NCBI RefSeq assembly: GCF_035594765.1
Contig: NC_085845.1
Location: 145,530,897-145,594,896, forward strand
Length of the DNA stretch: 64,000 nucleotides
Direction of reading: 5' to 3'
Source: Anolis carolinensis
Lineage: Eukaryota
Positions 26,630-38,596 of this stretch are shown in pieces. Made by a program: the position numbers and the translations under genes. Position 1 is the stretch's first letter, and each line of letters opens with the position of its first letter. The notes under the pieces were generated by a model that had not been told where the DNA came from, searched no databases, and worked only from the letters and a program-made list of their open reading frames with translations.

Positions 26630-26828
26630 GAGGATGCAAGCAGCAGAGTTTTGTGGGGAAGGAGTTGCCAAGCTTATTCATCGCTATGCTAAGTGCCTAG
26701 ATTTGAATGGCGACTATGTTGAGAAGTGGTATTTGGGTGTAGCTTTCAACTGCATATGGTAAATATTTTCTCCTATACTTCGTTCATTTTTAATTCCAAA
26801 ATGTAATCTACTCTCTGGATAACCCTCG
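26630..26828 (+). mobile_element. mariner transposon 3' end
   Basis: Translates AAEFCGEGVAKLIHRYAKCLDLNGDYVEK (mariner transposase C-terminus); ends in TIR ...ggataaccctcg + TA. Confidence 0.8.
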
Positions 26829-29268
26829 TAGATGTGGCCTAAACATTTGTTTGCCTATCAAATCTTTTGTAATTTCTAGCTACCATTAAAGAGAGCAAAC
26901 CCTGACATCTCCAGTGAAAAGATACTGGGAAGAGACTTTGGAAAGCTGCATATGTGCTGACACTGATTTGACTTACTTCACTTACAATGCTTTACATATG
27001 CCTGCCTGTACCAAACTTTTTTTTTCCTTTTTAACTCTCATGACAATAGTAGTGATTTTTGTAATGCAAAATATTTACTGCGAAAAATATAGTGTTTCCT
27101 TGACTGGACACAGGAAGGATCCATGCTAATCTGGGGTCATGCATGGAAAGTGGAGGTCTCAGGGAAAGAAAGGCTTATTTAGGTCAATATTTACTGATTT
27201 GCTGAATATTTTGACACTCAATTTCTCTAAGAAAACATTGAAAATGAGACACTTTCAGTGTTGCTGATCATCTTTGCTTAAACTCAGTTGCTAGGATATT
27301 ATTAATGCAAAAGTGAAAATAATATTTCATTGCATTTATTTGTTTCAGCTGATACTTTCGCCTATCAGAAGGATTCTGACAGTTATAACTTTTTCTCATT
27401 CCTATTAACTTCATTTGCATAAAGACAGGTTAATGGCAGCCCACTTTACAAGCCCCTTGTCTTTATTGTTATCCCCATTTTACAGCTAGCGTTTTGTCTA
27501 TGGCCACCCAGTGAGTCCTGTGACTCTACAGACATTTGATCCTAGTTTCCCCCAAAGTCTCCCAAGCCACGCACCAGCACATTTTGTGGATTACAGTGCT
27601 AATCCTTTAGGGGAGCTACAGAATGTGTACAGTGAGACAAGTCTGACAGTTGTTTAGGTTTAAGGAATTATTTTGTATAATGTCAAAATAGCATCTAGTC
27701 TCAATAACAAAGGCAGCTTGGAGTGATATCATATGATCTATTAATTCATTGAAATAATGCTAACCAGAGGTTGGTCGATGTAAACAATGTTTTACTCACA
27801 TGCATTCCTTAGAATTAGTTTATTATTCATTCAACTTCATAAAAACAAAAGTTTTGCCATGAAGAACTTCAAATTGTTTGGGGGTGGAGGGAGATTTGAG
27901 TCATTTAATTTCACTAGGAACAAGAGCAGACCTCTGGGAGATGGATTTTTCACCACAACTTGGCAATTATGTTTTCAATAGATTATTGAATTTCTCAATT
28001 GATATATAGTCAAATGATATCAGTGACTGCACAGGATGTTATTCCAAAGTTTAGAGGGACTATCCAAAATGCATAACCTTTTTTCAAGCAGGGATCAGTA
28101 CCATGGAAAGTGCCTTCAATATCTGGGATAATTCCAAAAGCAGATTGGTCACACACGTATGATGTGGAAGCCACCAGCTGCCAATAGCAAATGAATTGTC
28201 CAAAGGAAACTGTTCAGCTCTTTCCAAAGGTTAGAACCAACATATGATAAACCTTAAATCCAACTATTCTGGTTGGCACACTTTATGGATCATAGATTGG
28301 TACTTCTGTTAACATTACACTATTTTTCAATTGTTTCAGAATCATAGAGTATGAAGACACTGAAGGGCCATCTAGTCTACTCCCTTATTAAACACAAATC
28401 AAGCACTCCCAAGAGAAGCAAACTGCTGTGAAAAAGAAAAGGAGTATCAAACAAACATGAGAAGAATACAATTCTACATCTCTGTAAAATTCCATGATAT
28501 AGAAGCAGATTTGATCCCCAGTTTGTCTCATAACACAAAAAAATAGCCAGGTTTCAGTCCAAATACATTTTTGATAGTAGACCTTGGACATAACATGTGC
28601 CAAATAATGTAATTTGAACTTTTATTTTCTGTAAGAAAGGCATATTGCTCTCATATCGAGAATTATTATTTTGGGTGTAGAATAGCATTTTCACATTAGA
28701 GGGTTTTTTTGGGGTGTGTGTGTATATTTTAAGTCATTTCAAAGCATTTTGAATTGATTTTTAAAAGATACTTTGCTATTTTTTATATCAGTCTTAACTT
28801 TTTATACCAAAAAGTTTCAAAAAATTGAAATAACATAATGCATCATGTTATATATTACTAGCCAGAGTCTTTGTGTTTTCAGTAACCTGGGGAGGGAAGT
28901 GCTTTGCAGAATAACAACTACTTTTTAAAAATTAGCCTTCTAAGCTCTGGTAAAGAGGGATGTGCACCTAAGACAAGATGCAGTTCTAATCCTAATTAGA
29001 TTGTTTGGAAAATGAGCTCATTCAGTTTGGAGAGCTTTGAGCATGACTGTTTTACCTCAACAATGAATCAGACCTTCACTTTGGAAAATCTGATGCTTTG
29101 TATGTCTATTTACTCACTTTTTGGTGTTACTAGATACAATTTGCAGTAGATTGTTGTGAACCTAACAATCTATATGTGGGCAATTGGTCTGAAAGTGGTA
29201 TGCCTTGTAATGATGCTCCTTCCAGGGCATGGGGAAATTGTTGACTTAATTGGAAATTCCATTTATTA

Positions 29269-29473
29269 GGCAAAGGTTTTTCCCTGGGATTAAGTTTAAT
29301 TGTGTCCGACTCTGGGGGTTGGTGCTCATCTCCATTTCTAAGCCAAAGATCCAGCATTGTCCATAGACACCTCCAAGGTCATGTGCATGAAGCGCCATTA
29401 CCTCCCCACCAGAGCGGTACCTATTAATCTATTCACACTTACATGTTTTCAAACTGCTAGGTTGGGAGAAGCT
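29269..29473 (-). mobile_element. Sauria SINE, 5'-truncated and diverged
   Basis: ggttggtgctcatctccatttctaagcc core. Confidence 0.85.
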
Positions 29474-29548
29474 GTCCAAGGCCAACAATAAGAAAGCAAG
29501 ATTACACCCAGAAAATATTCTTTTAAACAACAAACAAGTCCTAGGGAT

Positions 29549-30265
29549 TGTCACACCTCAGGTTAGCTTCACCTTGCTAAAGCCACCAGGCTGTACACAG
29601 AACGTAGTCTTTTGTAGTTTGTTAGGAAATAGGGAAAATATAGTTTATAAAAGTTTATATAGTCCAGTTCCAAAAGATAGTTACAAAAACAAGGCTGTAA
29701 GAAACAAATCCATAGAAACATTAGGCATGAAACAAGGTCCTTTCAAAATAAGCCAAAGTCCCAGAAACGAGAATACATCCAGGCTACAAGATAATACAGG
29801 AGAGCAGACTAATTCAAGCGTGGAAATTGCTTTGATGAAGTTTTCCCTCTCAGCAGACTGTTTTAATAGCATAACATGAAGGCATTTCTTTGCCCTTTGC
29901 CCTCCCTCTTATTTGCTATTTTGAGACTTCTGCGCAACCCCCGAAATTCCAAATGACTAGCCTGATCTAGAGAAGCAGCCTCATCGCTTTCAAGGCCACA
30001 GGGCTCTTTAGTGTTATCAGGCTGAGGCTGGGAGCTGCTCTCCCTTTCTGCTTCTTGCACCTGAAAACCATCATCAGTAACAACATCATTTCTTCCCGCG
30101 GGAAAGCCTCCCTGCTCCTCATCTCCCACAGCAGGAACACTCTGCACCTGAATCCCATAATTCCCATCAGAGTCACTTTGAAACTCATCCTGAACCTGAA
30201 TCCCATCATCTTGAAACTGCATCCCAGAATCCTCATCAGAGTCACAAAAAGGCTGAGTCACAACA
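29549..30265 (-). mobile_element. Solo LTR (Gypsy/BEL-like), 717 bp, containing an acidic ORF
   Basis: Minus-strand termini TGTTGTGAC...GGTGTGACA; perfect 5-bp TSD GGGAT at 29544-29548 and 30266-30270. Confidence 0.8.
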
Positions 30266-31399
30266 GGGATACATTCTGGACTGATTGCAAAGAACTCAGG
30301 TGAGGATTACCACGTGCGTATTAGACATTGCTCACTTTATTGGTGTTTGCCTAACTCTGAAGTTCTATAAAATACTTATAAACTTCATGTGTCTCAATCA
30401 GTGATGTGTGTAGATTGTACTGAAAGCAGTGCTGGGGCATGGAAGATCCTTTGGCCAAAGTTACTGCTTGTTGTCTGTTTGCCTTCCTGCTCAGTTTCAG
30501 GACTCATTCCAGTTCTGTGTTTCACTTAGGAGGGCTGATAGTTCCGCCCAACCCAACAGCTGAACCTTGTTTTAGTTCTACTTTAGGATTATTTCCAATG
30601 CCTTTTTAACTGTTGTAATGTGCTATAAGTCTTCAGCTGAGACAAAGATGGGATAGAAATAAATATAAGAATTTAATCAAGTTGCGCACATTCTAGTAGA
30701 GTGCACAATACAAGTTTTGAAAGCATCACTATTTTTGCTCCCTAGTCAATGTTATAAACTTTTTATTGAAAAAAATCTGTTTACTACAGATAAATCCTTA
30801 CACACACACACACAACTCTTATTTTGACACTGCTCATCTGAAATTTATAATTACTTTCCTCAGAACTTTCTACAGATAATAAATGCTCATGGTAAACTGG
30901 TTGAACTTTCTTTATTTTTCCACAGACATAACTGTCTGGCACAGCCTTTCAGTTTAACACATCACATTAATATTTCAATAGAAAAATTAACAGTGTCAGC
31001 TAGGAGATGGATCTAAACCAAATGTTCTCTAAACATTCCTCAAAACTGAGAAGCAAGAGACAAGATAATTTCAACTTGAAAATTATGGGTGTCAACCTGT
31101 GAATAACCTTTGGCTTTTATAGTTTTTTTATTATTTTGTGCACAGATATAAATCAAGCTGTAACAGGCTTCAGTCGAGCATACTGAATTTGCTGGCTCAG
31201 CTGAGATCAAACCTATATACTAGGCTTGCTCAAATAATTCGATTTCCCCGTTACCCGTTATTAATTCGTTACTTTCATTACTTTTGAAGCAATATACGGC
31301 CTTGATTGTCCACACGTCTGGATATCGCGGTTTCGAACCGCGAGAGGCTGTTTTTTGTTATGTCGTCGTTTTTTTCGTTAGGAAAAAAAGCTTTTGCAA

Positions 31400-31810
31400 A
31401 TCACCCAAACTCCCACCATTCCTAACAGCCTCAGGCCCTTTCCTTTTGCCCCTCAGCAAAAGGGGCGTCATGGGCTCAGCCAATGGGAGGGGGCGAGGGG
31501 GAAGGAGGCCGAGGAGGAAGAGGAAGACGGAGGGGGGAAATGGCCGCCGCCGCCGCCTCAGCTCAGGCCTGGTGTCTCTCTGTGAGCTGGGAAGGCGGCG
31601 GATGGAGCCGGGAATGGAGAGACCGAGAGAGACAGAGACACACAGAGATGGAGGATGGCGCGGGGCCCGGCGGTGAGGAGGAAGAGGCCCGGGATGTGAG
31701 GGGGTGTGGGCCAGGCCCGTCCTCGGCCGCTCCCGGGGAGGGAGGGAGGGAGGACTACGACTCCCAGGGGCCCAGATTCGCACCCTCCCTCCCCCCAATA
31801 CAGGTCTCCA
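31400..31810 (+). promoter_or_regulatory. CpG-island, promoter/first-exon-like segment inside the hAT element
   Basis: CGTCA 31466-31470, agCCAATg 31480-31484, purine-rich leader, YY1-like aaATGGCCGCC 31538-31548, (GCC)n, candidate donors GTGAG at 31582 and 31673. Confidence 0.6.
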
Positions 31811-31850
31811 TACCACGTTACATGAACTTGAATGGATAGTATACTGTGGT

Positions 31851-32240
31851 TGTGTTGTTGAAAGCTTTCATGGCCGGGATCACACTGTTGTGGTATGTAT
31901 TCCGGGCTCTATGGCCATGTGCCAGAAGCATTCTCTCCTGACATTTCACCCACATCTGTTGCAGACATACTCAGAGGTTTTGACGTCTGTGCGAAGCTAG
32001 GCAAGTGGGGTTTATATATCTGTGGAAGGTCCAGGGTGGGAGAAAGAACTCTTGTCTGTGGGAGGCAAGTGTGAATGTTGCAATTGGTCACCTTGATTAG
32101 CATTGAATAGCCTTGCAGCTTCAAAGCCTGGCTGCTTCCTACCTGGGGGAATCCTTTGTTGGGAGGTATTAGCTGGCCCTGATTGTTTCCTGTCTGGAAT
32201 TCCCATTTTCTGGGTGTTGTTCTTTTACTGTCCTGATTTT
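31851..32240 (-). mobile_element. Penelope-like pLTR fragment with degenerate hammerhead (31937-31977, G8>T)
   Basis: Homologous to the other pLTR copies; includes the 3' tail. Confidence 0.88.
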
Positions 32241-32402
32241 AGCTTTTCTGTAGCTAAAATGCATATAAAATTGATTCTATAGGGAGGATAAATGATTGGA
32301 TTTCAACTCCTACAGCTTAGCTTTCTCTGCCAATAATGGTACCATACCAAACTAAAGCTCCCAAGATTCTGTAGCAGTGAGCCATCTTGGATATTGTAAG
32401 GG

Positions 32403-32403
<1 letters not shown>

Positions 32404-32436
<33 letters not shown>
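32404..32436. repeat. (TAT)n microsatellite
   Basis: Direct reading. Confidence 0.95.
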
Positions 32437-32437
<1 letters not shown>

Positions 32438-32538
32438 GACCTTGCTCCCAGGAAGGTGCCTTCGCTGTGGCTCCCAACTTATCTATCTACTTTTCCACAT
32501 ATTCTCCACATTGTGTGTATGTGTATGTATATATACAT

Positions 32539-32849
32539 GAGCCCCGATGGCGAAGTGTGTTAAAGCACTGAGCTGCTGAACTTGCAGACCGAAAGGTCCC
32601 AGGTTCAAATCCCGGGAGCAGAGTGAGTGCCCGCTGTTAGCTCCAGCTTCTGCCAACCTAGCAGCTTGAAAACATGCCAATGTGAGTAGATCAATAGGTA
32701 CCGCTCTGGCGGGAAGGTAATGGCACTCCATGTAGTCATGCCGGCCACATGACCTTGGAGGTGTCTATGGACAACACTGGCTCTTGGGCTTAGAAATGGA
32801 GATGAGCACCAACCCCCAGAGTCAGACATGACTGAACTTAACGTCAAGG
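32539..32849 (+). mobile_element. Sauria SINE, runs into the gap
   Basis: Match to the other copies. Confidence 0.92.
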
Positions 32850-33004
32850 NNNNNNNNNNNNNNNNNNNNNNNNNNNNNNNNNNNNNNNNNNNNNNNNNNN
32901 NNNNNNNNNNNNNNNNNNNNNNNNNNNNNNNNNNNNNNNNNNNNNNNNNNNNNNNNNNNNNNNNNNNNNNNNNNNNNNNNNNNNNNNNNNNNNNNNNNNN
33001 NNNN
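32850..33004. other. Assembly gap (N run)
   Basis: Ns in the sequence. Confidence 1.
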
Positions 33005-35034
33005 TTTAACAAAGTTTCAGCCACAAAAACAAAGTTTCTGAAGTAGAACAATGACTTTCACAGTAAAGACAACCCAATTTAACAGGAAATAAGACTTTCA
33101 AACCAGGAACAGATTTCTGCAATTATTAAAAAATGGTTTATTATAAAAGCTATGAAAATTCGCCAAAAATCAGAGGATAAGGGAAACGTTCCAAATTTTG
33201 GTGAGCTATCAGTGTTAAATGTATTCTACCACTGTACCACATTTGAAGAAGATCACTCAAAAAATGAGGGCGGAAGAGTCCTGTAAAATCTCCCCTCGTG
33301 CTGTTTTTTTTGGCCACTGCGCATGCGCGTCCGCCATTAACGAATTAATTTAGAAACTAACGAATTTTCGTTAATTTCGAATTTTTTTGGGGGCAAAATT
33401 CGGAAATGACATCAGAAACGAAACGCTGGCGCCCCCTACTTTTGAAACGAGTTTAGAATCAATTTTTTCATGGATCGCTCAAGCCTACTATATACATCAC
33501 CCACACCAATATTTTGGGTTTTTTATTATTCCAAATTTGGCCTGAGAATAACAACATTTTATTTGTTACCCACCTCTCCTAACGGCTCAAAGTGGGGTAC
33601 AACAAAGTCAACAACATAATGAACATAAAATATATACAATAAAATACACAGATAAAAACACACCATTATGAAACATACACCAAATATAGGGTACAAAAAT
33701 CAACAGACAATGACAATAGAATGCAAATTCAAAACTCATGATTCAAAGTTGACTAGGTAGGTTAAAGATATATTTTCAATTGATGTCAATATTTAGCCAC
33801 TAGATTTATAAACTAGGTGGTGGTGTAGTGGTAAATCCCCAGATAATTCCCCAGAGTGCATACTTTTACTCTTTTCCTATCATTTTTACATCAAACAGAT
33901 GCAACTTGTCTTATGCATTCTAGGATATTTGTGCTCATTGATTTTGGCCAGTTTTAATCATAAAATTATCTCTTTTTAAGTCCAGTAATGGCCCAATTCT
34001 ACAATCAAATTTGCATCCTTAACTGAGATGCTTGGAACTGGAAGTGTTCTGGATTTCAGATTTTTTGGGGAGACTTTAGAATATGTGTATTTGTATATAC
34101 ATACATAATGACAAATCTTGAAGATGGTACTCAAGTCTAAACACTGCACTAAACACTGAGACTTTTGGGAGGACATTTTTTGTCCCTTGTTTCATTAGAT
34201 TAAGAAAAAATGAAAACATAAATTGCAGGCATATCTAACTGGGTCAGAAACAAGAATGGTTTTCCAGATGTTGCTTTGCTATTCTTATTATCGCTTACCA
34301 CTGAGTCTGTTGGCTACAGCTGAAAGAAGTTGTAAATCTACATCTGGAAAGGCATACATTCTCCACAAGAACAACTGTCCAATAATAAAATTTATTTATT
34401 TACTTCATTTTTACCCCAACTTTCTCACCTCATAGGGGACTCAAGGAGGCCTACAAACTCCAGCAAAGACTTCCCTGGTGCAGGTTGTGTTCAGAGGTTT
34501 TTCAGTTCTTGATTAGCTAATTTTTGAAGCAGAAAAGTGTTGTATCCCTAATAGTTGGATTTGTCCCTTGATTTGCCTGCCAGTTTATTATGTTTTAAAA
34601 ATCCTCTTTGGAAATATTTATTTAGTGCTTTATGTACACTAATTGATGTCAAGAACTTGGATTAATAAAAGATGAAATGCTAAGCCAATCTGCTAAGCCA
34701 ACAAGTCAAATTTAAACTCTCCCAAAAATCCCCGAGAGGTTTCTGAGAGCTTTCTTAACATATTTGTAACTCTCTGTTGAACTAAGAACAGCTTGCCGAA
34801 CATTGCAAGATCTAGAATTTCCATGGAATTATTATATCAAATATAGACCCTTTATCTAGAACTGTGATTTTCTGTCATGTCTGTAAAATTCCATTGCCTT
34901 TGAGTAGTCTTTAAAAAGTCTCCAACATAAGTTGGGTCTCCTTTATCTGAAATGTTTGGGACCAGTTTTTTTTTTAAAAAATCAGGCTTTCCCCCAGATT
35001 TTAGAATATCCCTATTTGCCTTTACATTGTGAAT

Positions 35035-35698
35035 GAGGGATAGGGGAAAGGGGGCTAGTCACATGTCTGACAGCGAGGACGAGGGGTTGTTAGAAGGACC
35101 AGTGTAGGATTTGGAGACCAGCATGCCTCTCAGCCTAGCTTAGTCAATACAAGAGATGAACCTTCAACATAAACTACCACTTCCCAGCAGGAGGAGCAAG
35201 CAGAGATCATTGTATCAGGGCAAACGGATACTTTACCATCTAAACGGGAGCATGCTGTTAATTGCAGGTCTGCATGATTAGCAGAGAAATGGGCTCTTCA
35301 CAAGCAGCACCTGAGAACATAGGGGGAAAGGTTTTCAAGTTTGCAATCCAGTTGCTGGAAGCAACATCTTACTTTGTGGTGAAACTCTGAATGCTTTGGA
35401 TTATTTGGCTTTGCTGACGTTGGACTCTATCTTGGCTTCTGCATTTGGATCTTGTCTTCCATCTTGGACTCTGCTATCATCAACCTGACCTGCTTTGTTG
35501 AATGTGGAACTCTCTCAATGTGTCTATGGTATTTGGACTTCGAAATTTGGACTTTGCATTACTTTCAACATTTGGTGTGTGCTTAAACACTAAGCTCCAA
35601 GGATGTAGCTCTGGGCTGTTTATATGTCATATCTGAGACTTTGTTTAACTACAGTGTTATTGGACTTGGAAAAACATGATGGGTTGATGTGTGACTAG
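35035..35698 (+). mobile_element. Putative decayed LTR-like element with a relic acidic ORF
   Basis: Purine tract 35035-35054, inverted ends ctagtcaca (35055-35063) / tgtgactag (35690-35698), relic ORF MSDSEDEG... from 35063; no TSD found. Confidence 0.5.
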
Positions 35699-35729
35699 TT
35701 CCTTTTAATCAAAGATGAAAGTGGGATTT

Positions 35730-36058
35730 TTGTGGTGGCGCAGTGTGTTAAAGCGCTGAGCTGCTGAACTTGCAGACCGAAAGGTCACAGGTTTGAATCT
35801 GGGGAGCGGAGTGAGCACCCGCTATTAGCTCCAGCTTCTGCCAACCTAGCAGTTTGAAAACATGCAAATGTGAGTAGATCAATAGGTACCACTCCAGTGG
35901 GAAGGTAACGGCATTCCATGCAGTCATGCCAGCCACATGACCTTGGAGGTGTCTACGGACAATGCCGGCTCTTCAGCTTAGAAATGGAGATGAGCACCAA
36001 CCCCCCAGAGTCGGACACGACTGGACTTAACGTCAGGGGAAACCTTTAACTTTACCTT
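35730..36058 (+). mobile_element. Sauria SINE
   Basis: Match to the other copies, with tail. Confidence 0.92.
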
Positions 36059-36204
36059 AGATAAAGGAAAATTTCTGAAAATTTCTAGTCTTAACTAGAA
36101 ACATAGTAGTAATGGTATTTAGATATGCCATTCAGCTGCTGAATATGAGTTCAGAACAGCAATTGGATATAGGCCAGAATATGAATAGAACGGTTTTAAT
36201 CTTG

Positions 36205-36360
36205 AGTCAGTATAGTATGGTGGTTTCAGTGGTGGGATAGGACTCTGCAGACCAGGGTTTCAATCCTCCTTCAGACATGTAACTGTGCTGGGCGAACTTG
36301 GGAAGGTCACATTTTCTCAGCCTCAGAGGAAGGCAAATCTTGCCAAGAAAACCTGGTGAC
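36205..36360 (+). mobile_element. Old MIR/L2-tail-type tRNA SINE
   Basis: gtatagtatggtggtt..ggactctg..ccagggtttcaatcc..cttggga..tcaca..tctcagcctcag pattern. Confidence 0.55.
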
Positions 36361-38200
36361 AAATGTTCACCTAATCCGGAATGAATAAGATCTTCATTAA
36401 TTCAAGAGGAACACATATATTTCTTTTCTCCTTTTATCAATTTACAAATTCTTACAATAGTTTATTAAGCTGGTAGCAAAGGAACTCAACTAGGAGAGGT
36501 GAGCCACTTTAAAACTGTTTAATTTCTATTCACAAAGAATACTTTAGGCAATATTCATAAGGATTATTTAGACTAACACTAATAAACCTAGTGATTTCTA
36601 TAGAGATGTTCTTTCTAGAAATCTCCAGGACATCCAGCATGACTGGGGGTTGTCCATAGAGTCACACGGGGAGACTTAAAAATTCCTGGAAAGATTAATC
36701 TGTGGATAATCAAATCAGGGAAAGTCAAAAATGCAAATGTGGAGAGACAACAATTTTGCAAAAAATATAAGTTATAATAGAATTAAGAAAGCCTCGTGCA
36801 GCAGAATAAGGAACAGAAAGCTGGAGAGTCAGACTAGGGACCTCATCCTACAGAAGTGCATCATCCCATAGCATTCAGTGTGCAAGCTGTCTTGAAAAAA
36901 GACAGGAGGATCATACGCGATGCACTCCTTTCCAATTTCAAAGACAATGCATTTTCTACCTCATCATATGGGCAGTGATGGTCTCCTCCCAATCCATTGG
37001 ATGTTTTCCCAACGAGTTGAAAATGGTGGACATGAAGATGACAGATATGTCCATATAATATAAATCAAAGTGAGTACAGTGGGTGGGGATGGATTGCCCA
37101 TCCTGCGAGAAAGAAGATGCTTTCAATCCTCCTGGAAATGGGTGAAGCCGATTCAAAACTGACAGGAACCAGATGGATTTCTGATGGAATGGGATGTGTG
37201 TCATGGGGTGAGACACACATGATCCTGAGGGCAAATGTTTAAAAATATGCATTGAAAGACCATCAGATGAGGTCCTATGATGCTGTTAAGGGCTATAGGC
37301 CTCTCAAATATTTTATAATTTACTGAAATGAGATTGCTTCTTATATCTTTCTTTAAAAATTTTCACATACACTGCATACTTTTCAGAAGAAAGAAACTCC
37401 CATGTTTTATCACATGATGCCTTAAAACATTTTTTAAAATACTCACTCAAAACCACTATGAAGAGAATGTAGATCTGCTTATAATAACAACTACTGGCCA
37501 TCTGGGCTTTAATTTTGCTTAGGTAATATGCTATTTTCTGTTGAACCCTTTATGAACAAAGGGCCATACATATTTTATTTCCATGAGTAACTCTCCTGCA
37601 AGCCTTAAAGGCTTTTCACATCTTGAAAAAACAAATTGATTTAAAAGTGTAACTGAAAGACTGTATTTTATTAGCAAGCTAACAATGAACAAAGGGCCCG
37701 GCAAGTAAAACATGGGATTGTTTTAAAACTTATTAAAGCCATTAATATACTCTAACTAGTCACTCAGTCCCCGGCAGAAAGTGGCTTGCGTGTTTTCCAC
37801 TGTGAAACATAAACACGAGACAATGCATTAAATAGGGCTTTATGTATTTACTAAAAACTGTAATGTTTATAATGCATTTTTTAAAAAATTGTAGATGAGC
37901 TGGATTTTATTAAACTTTTCTGTTTGTCATAGGGTGTGTAGAATGAAGGTTTTTCCTACAGACGTTTCAGAAGATAGTTTAAGGCTTGATTTGTCCTTCG
38001 TTAACAAAGGACAAACAGCCATAAAGGAAAATGTGCTAGAGTAGACTAGTGCATGTGTGTGTATACAGTATATATAATGATGTACACACGCACATACACA
38101 CAGCCTAGATAATATCACAGAAGCCTGTATGCATAAGAATTCCCTTATACATTTTAAGGTCAGTTGAGAAACATTTCAATGTACATTTCCAATGTACAAA

Positions 38201-38302
38201 GGGGGTGCTTTGAATGCGATTTCCTGCTTCTTAGCGGGGGGTTGGACTAGATGGCCCTTGAGGTCTCTTCCAACTCTACTATTCTATGATTCTATGATTC
38301 TA
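38201..38302 (+). mobile_element. CR1 3' end
   Basis: gggttggactagatggccc...ctcttccaactctact followed by (attctatg)n. Confidence 0.92.
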
Positions 38303-38311
38303 TACTCCAAG

Positions 38312-38596
38312 CAAAGCCGGCCCTAGATATTTTTCAAGTGTAGGCGAACAGAATTTTGCCCCCCCCCCCAACCAATCACTGAAAAATAAAAGCATTGGAT
38401 AAGCGAAAATGTTGGATAATAAGGAGGGATTAAGGAAAAGCCTATTAAACATCAAATTACATTAAGCTTTTACAAATTAAGCACCAAAACATCATGTTTT
38501 ACAACAAATCAACAGAAAAAGCAGTCTCAACTGCGCCCCCGTATGTATTGCACCTGAAGCAACCGCTTAATTCGCCTCATTGTTGGACCGGCACAG
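38312..38596. mobile_element. hAT-like MITE containing an internal piece of the mariner MITE
   Basis: Degenerate TIR caaagccggccc / ggaccggcacag; flanks actccaag / gctcaaag (6 of 8 match); 38395-38525 matches the reverse complement of ~2930-3065. Confidence 0.6.

Larger units (their letters stand above)
31221..33487. mobile_element. Non-autonomous hAT-type element with internal cargo (spans an assembly gap)
   Basis: TIR taggcttg / caagccta; perfect 8-bp TSD ctatatac at 31213-31220 and 33488-33495; CpG-rich subterminal repeats (ttcg/cgtta). Confidence 0.82.

Noticed and set aside
31284-31839. Several overlapping 60-150 aa ORFs
   Set aside because: Expected by-product of GC-rich, low-complexity sequence; no recognisable domain. 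MAAAAASAQ is only a candidate start.
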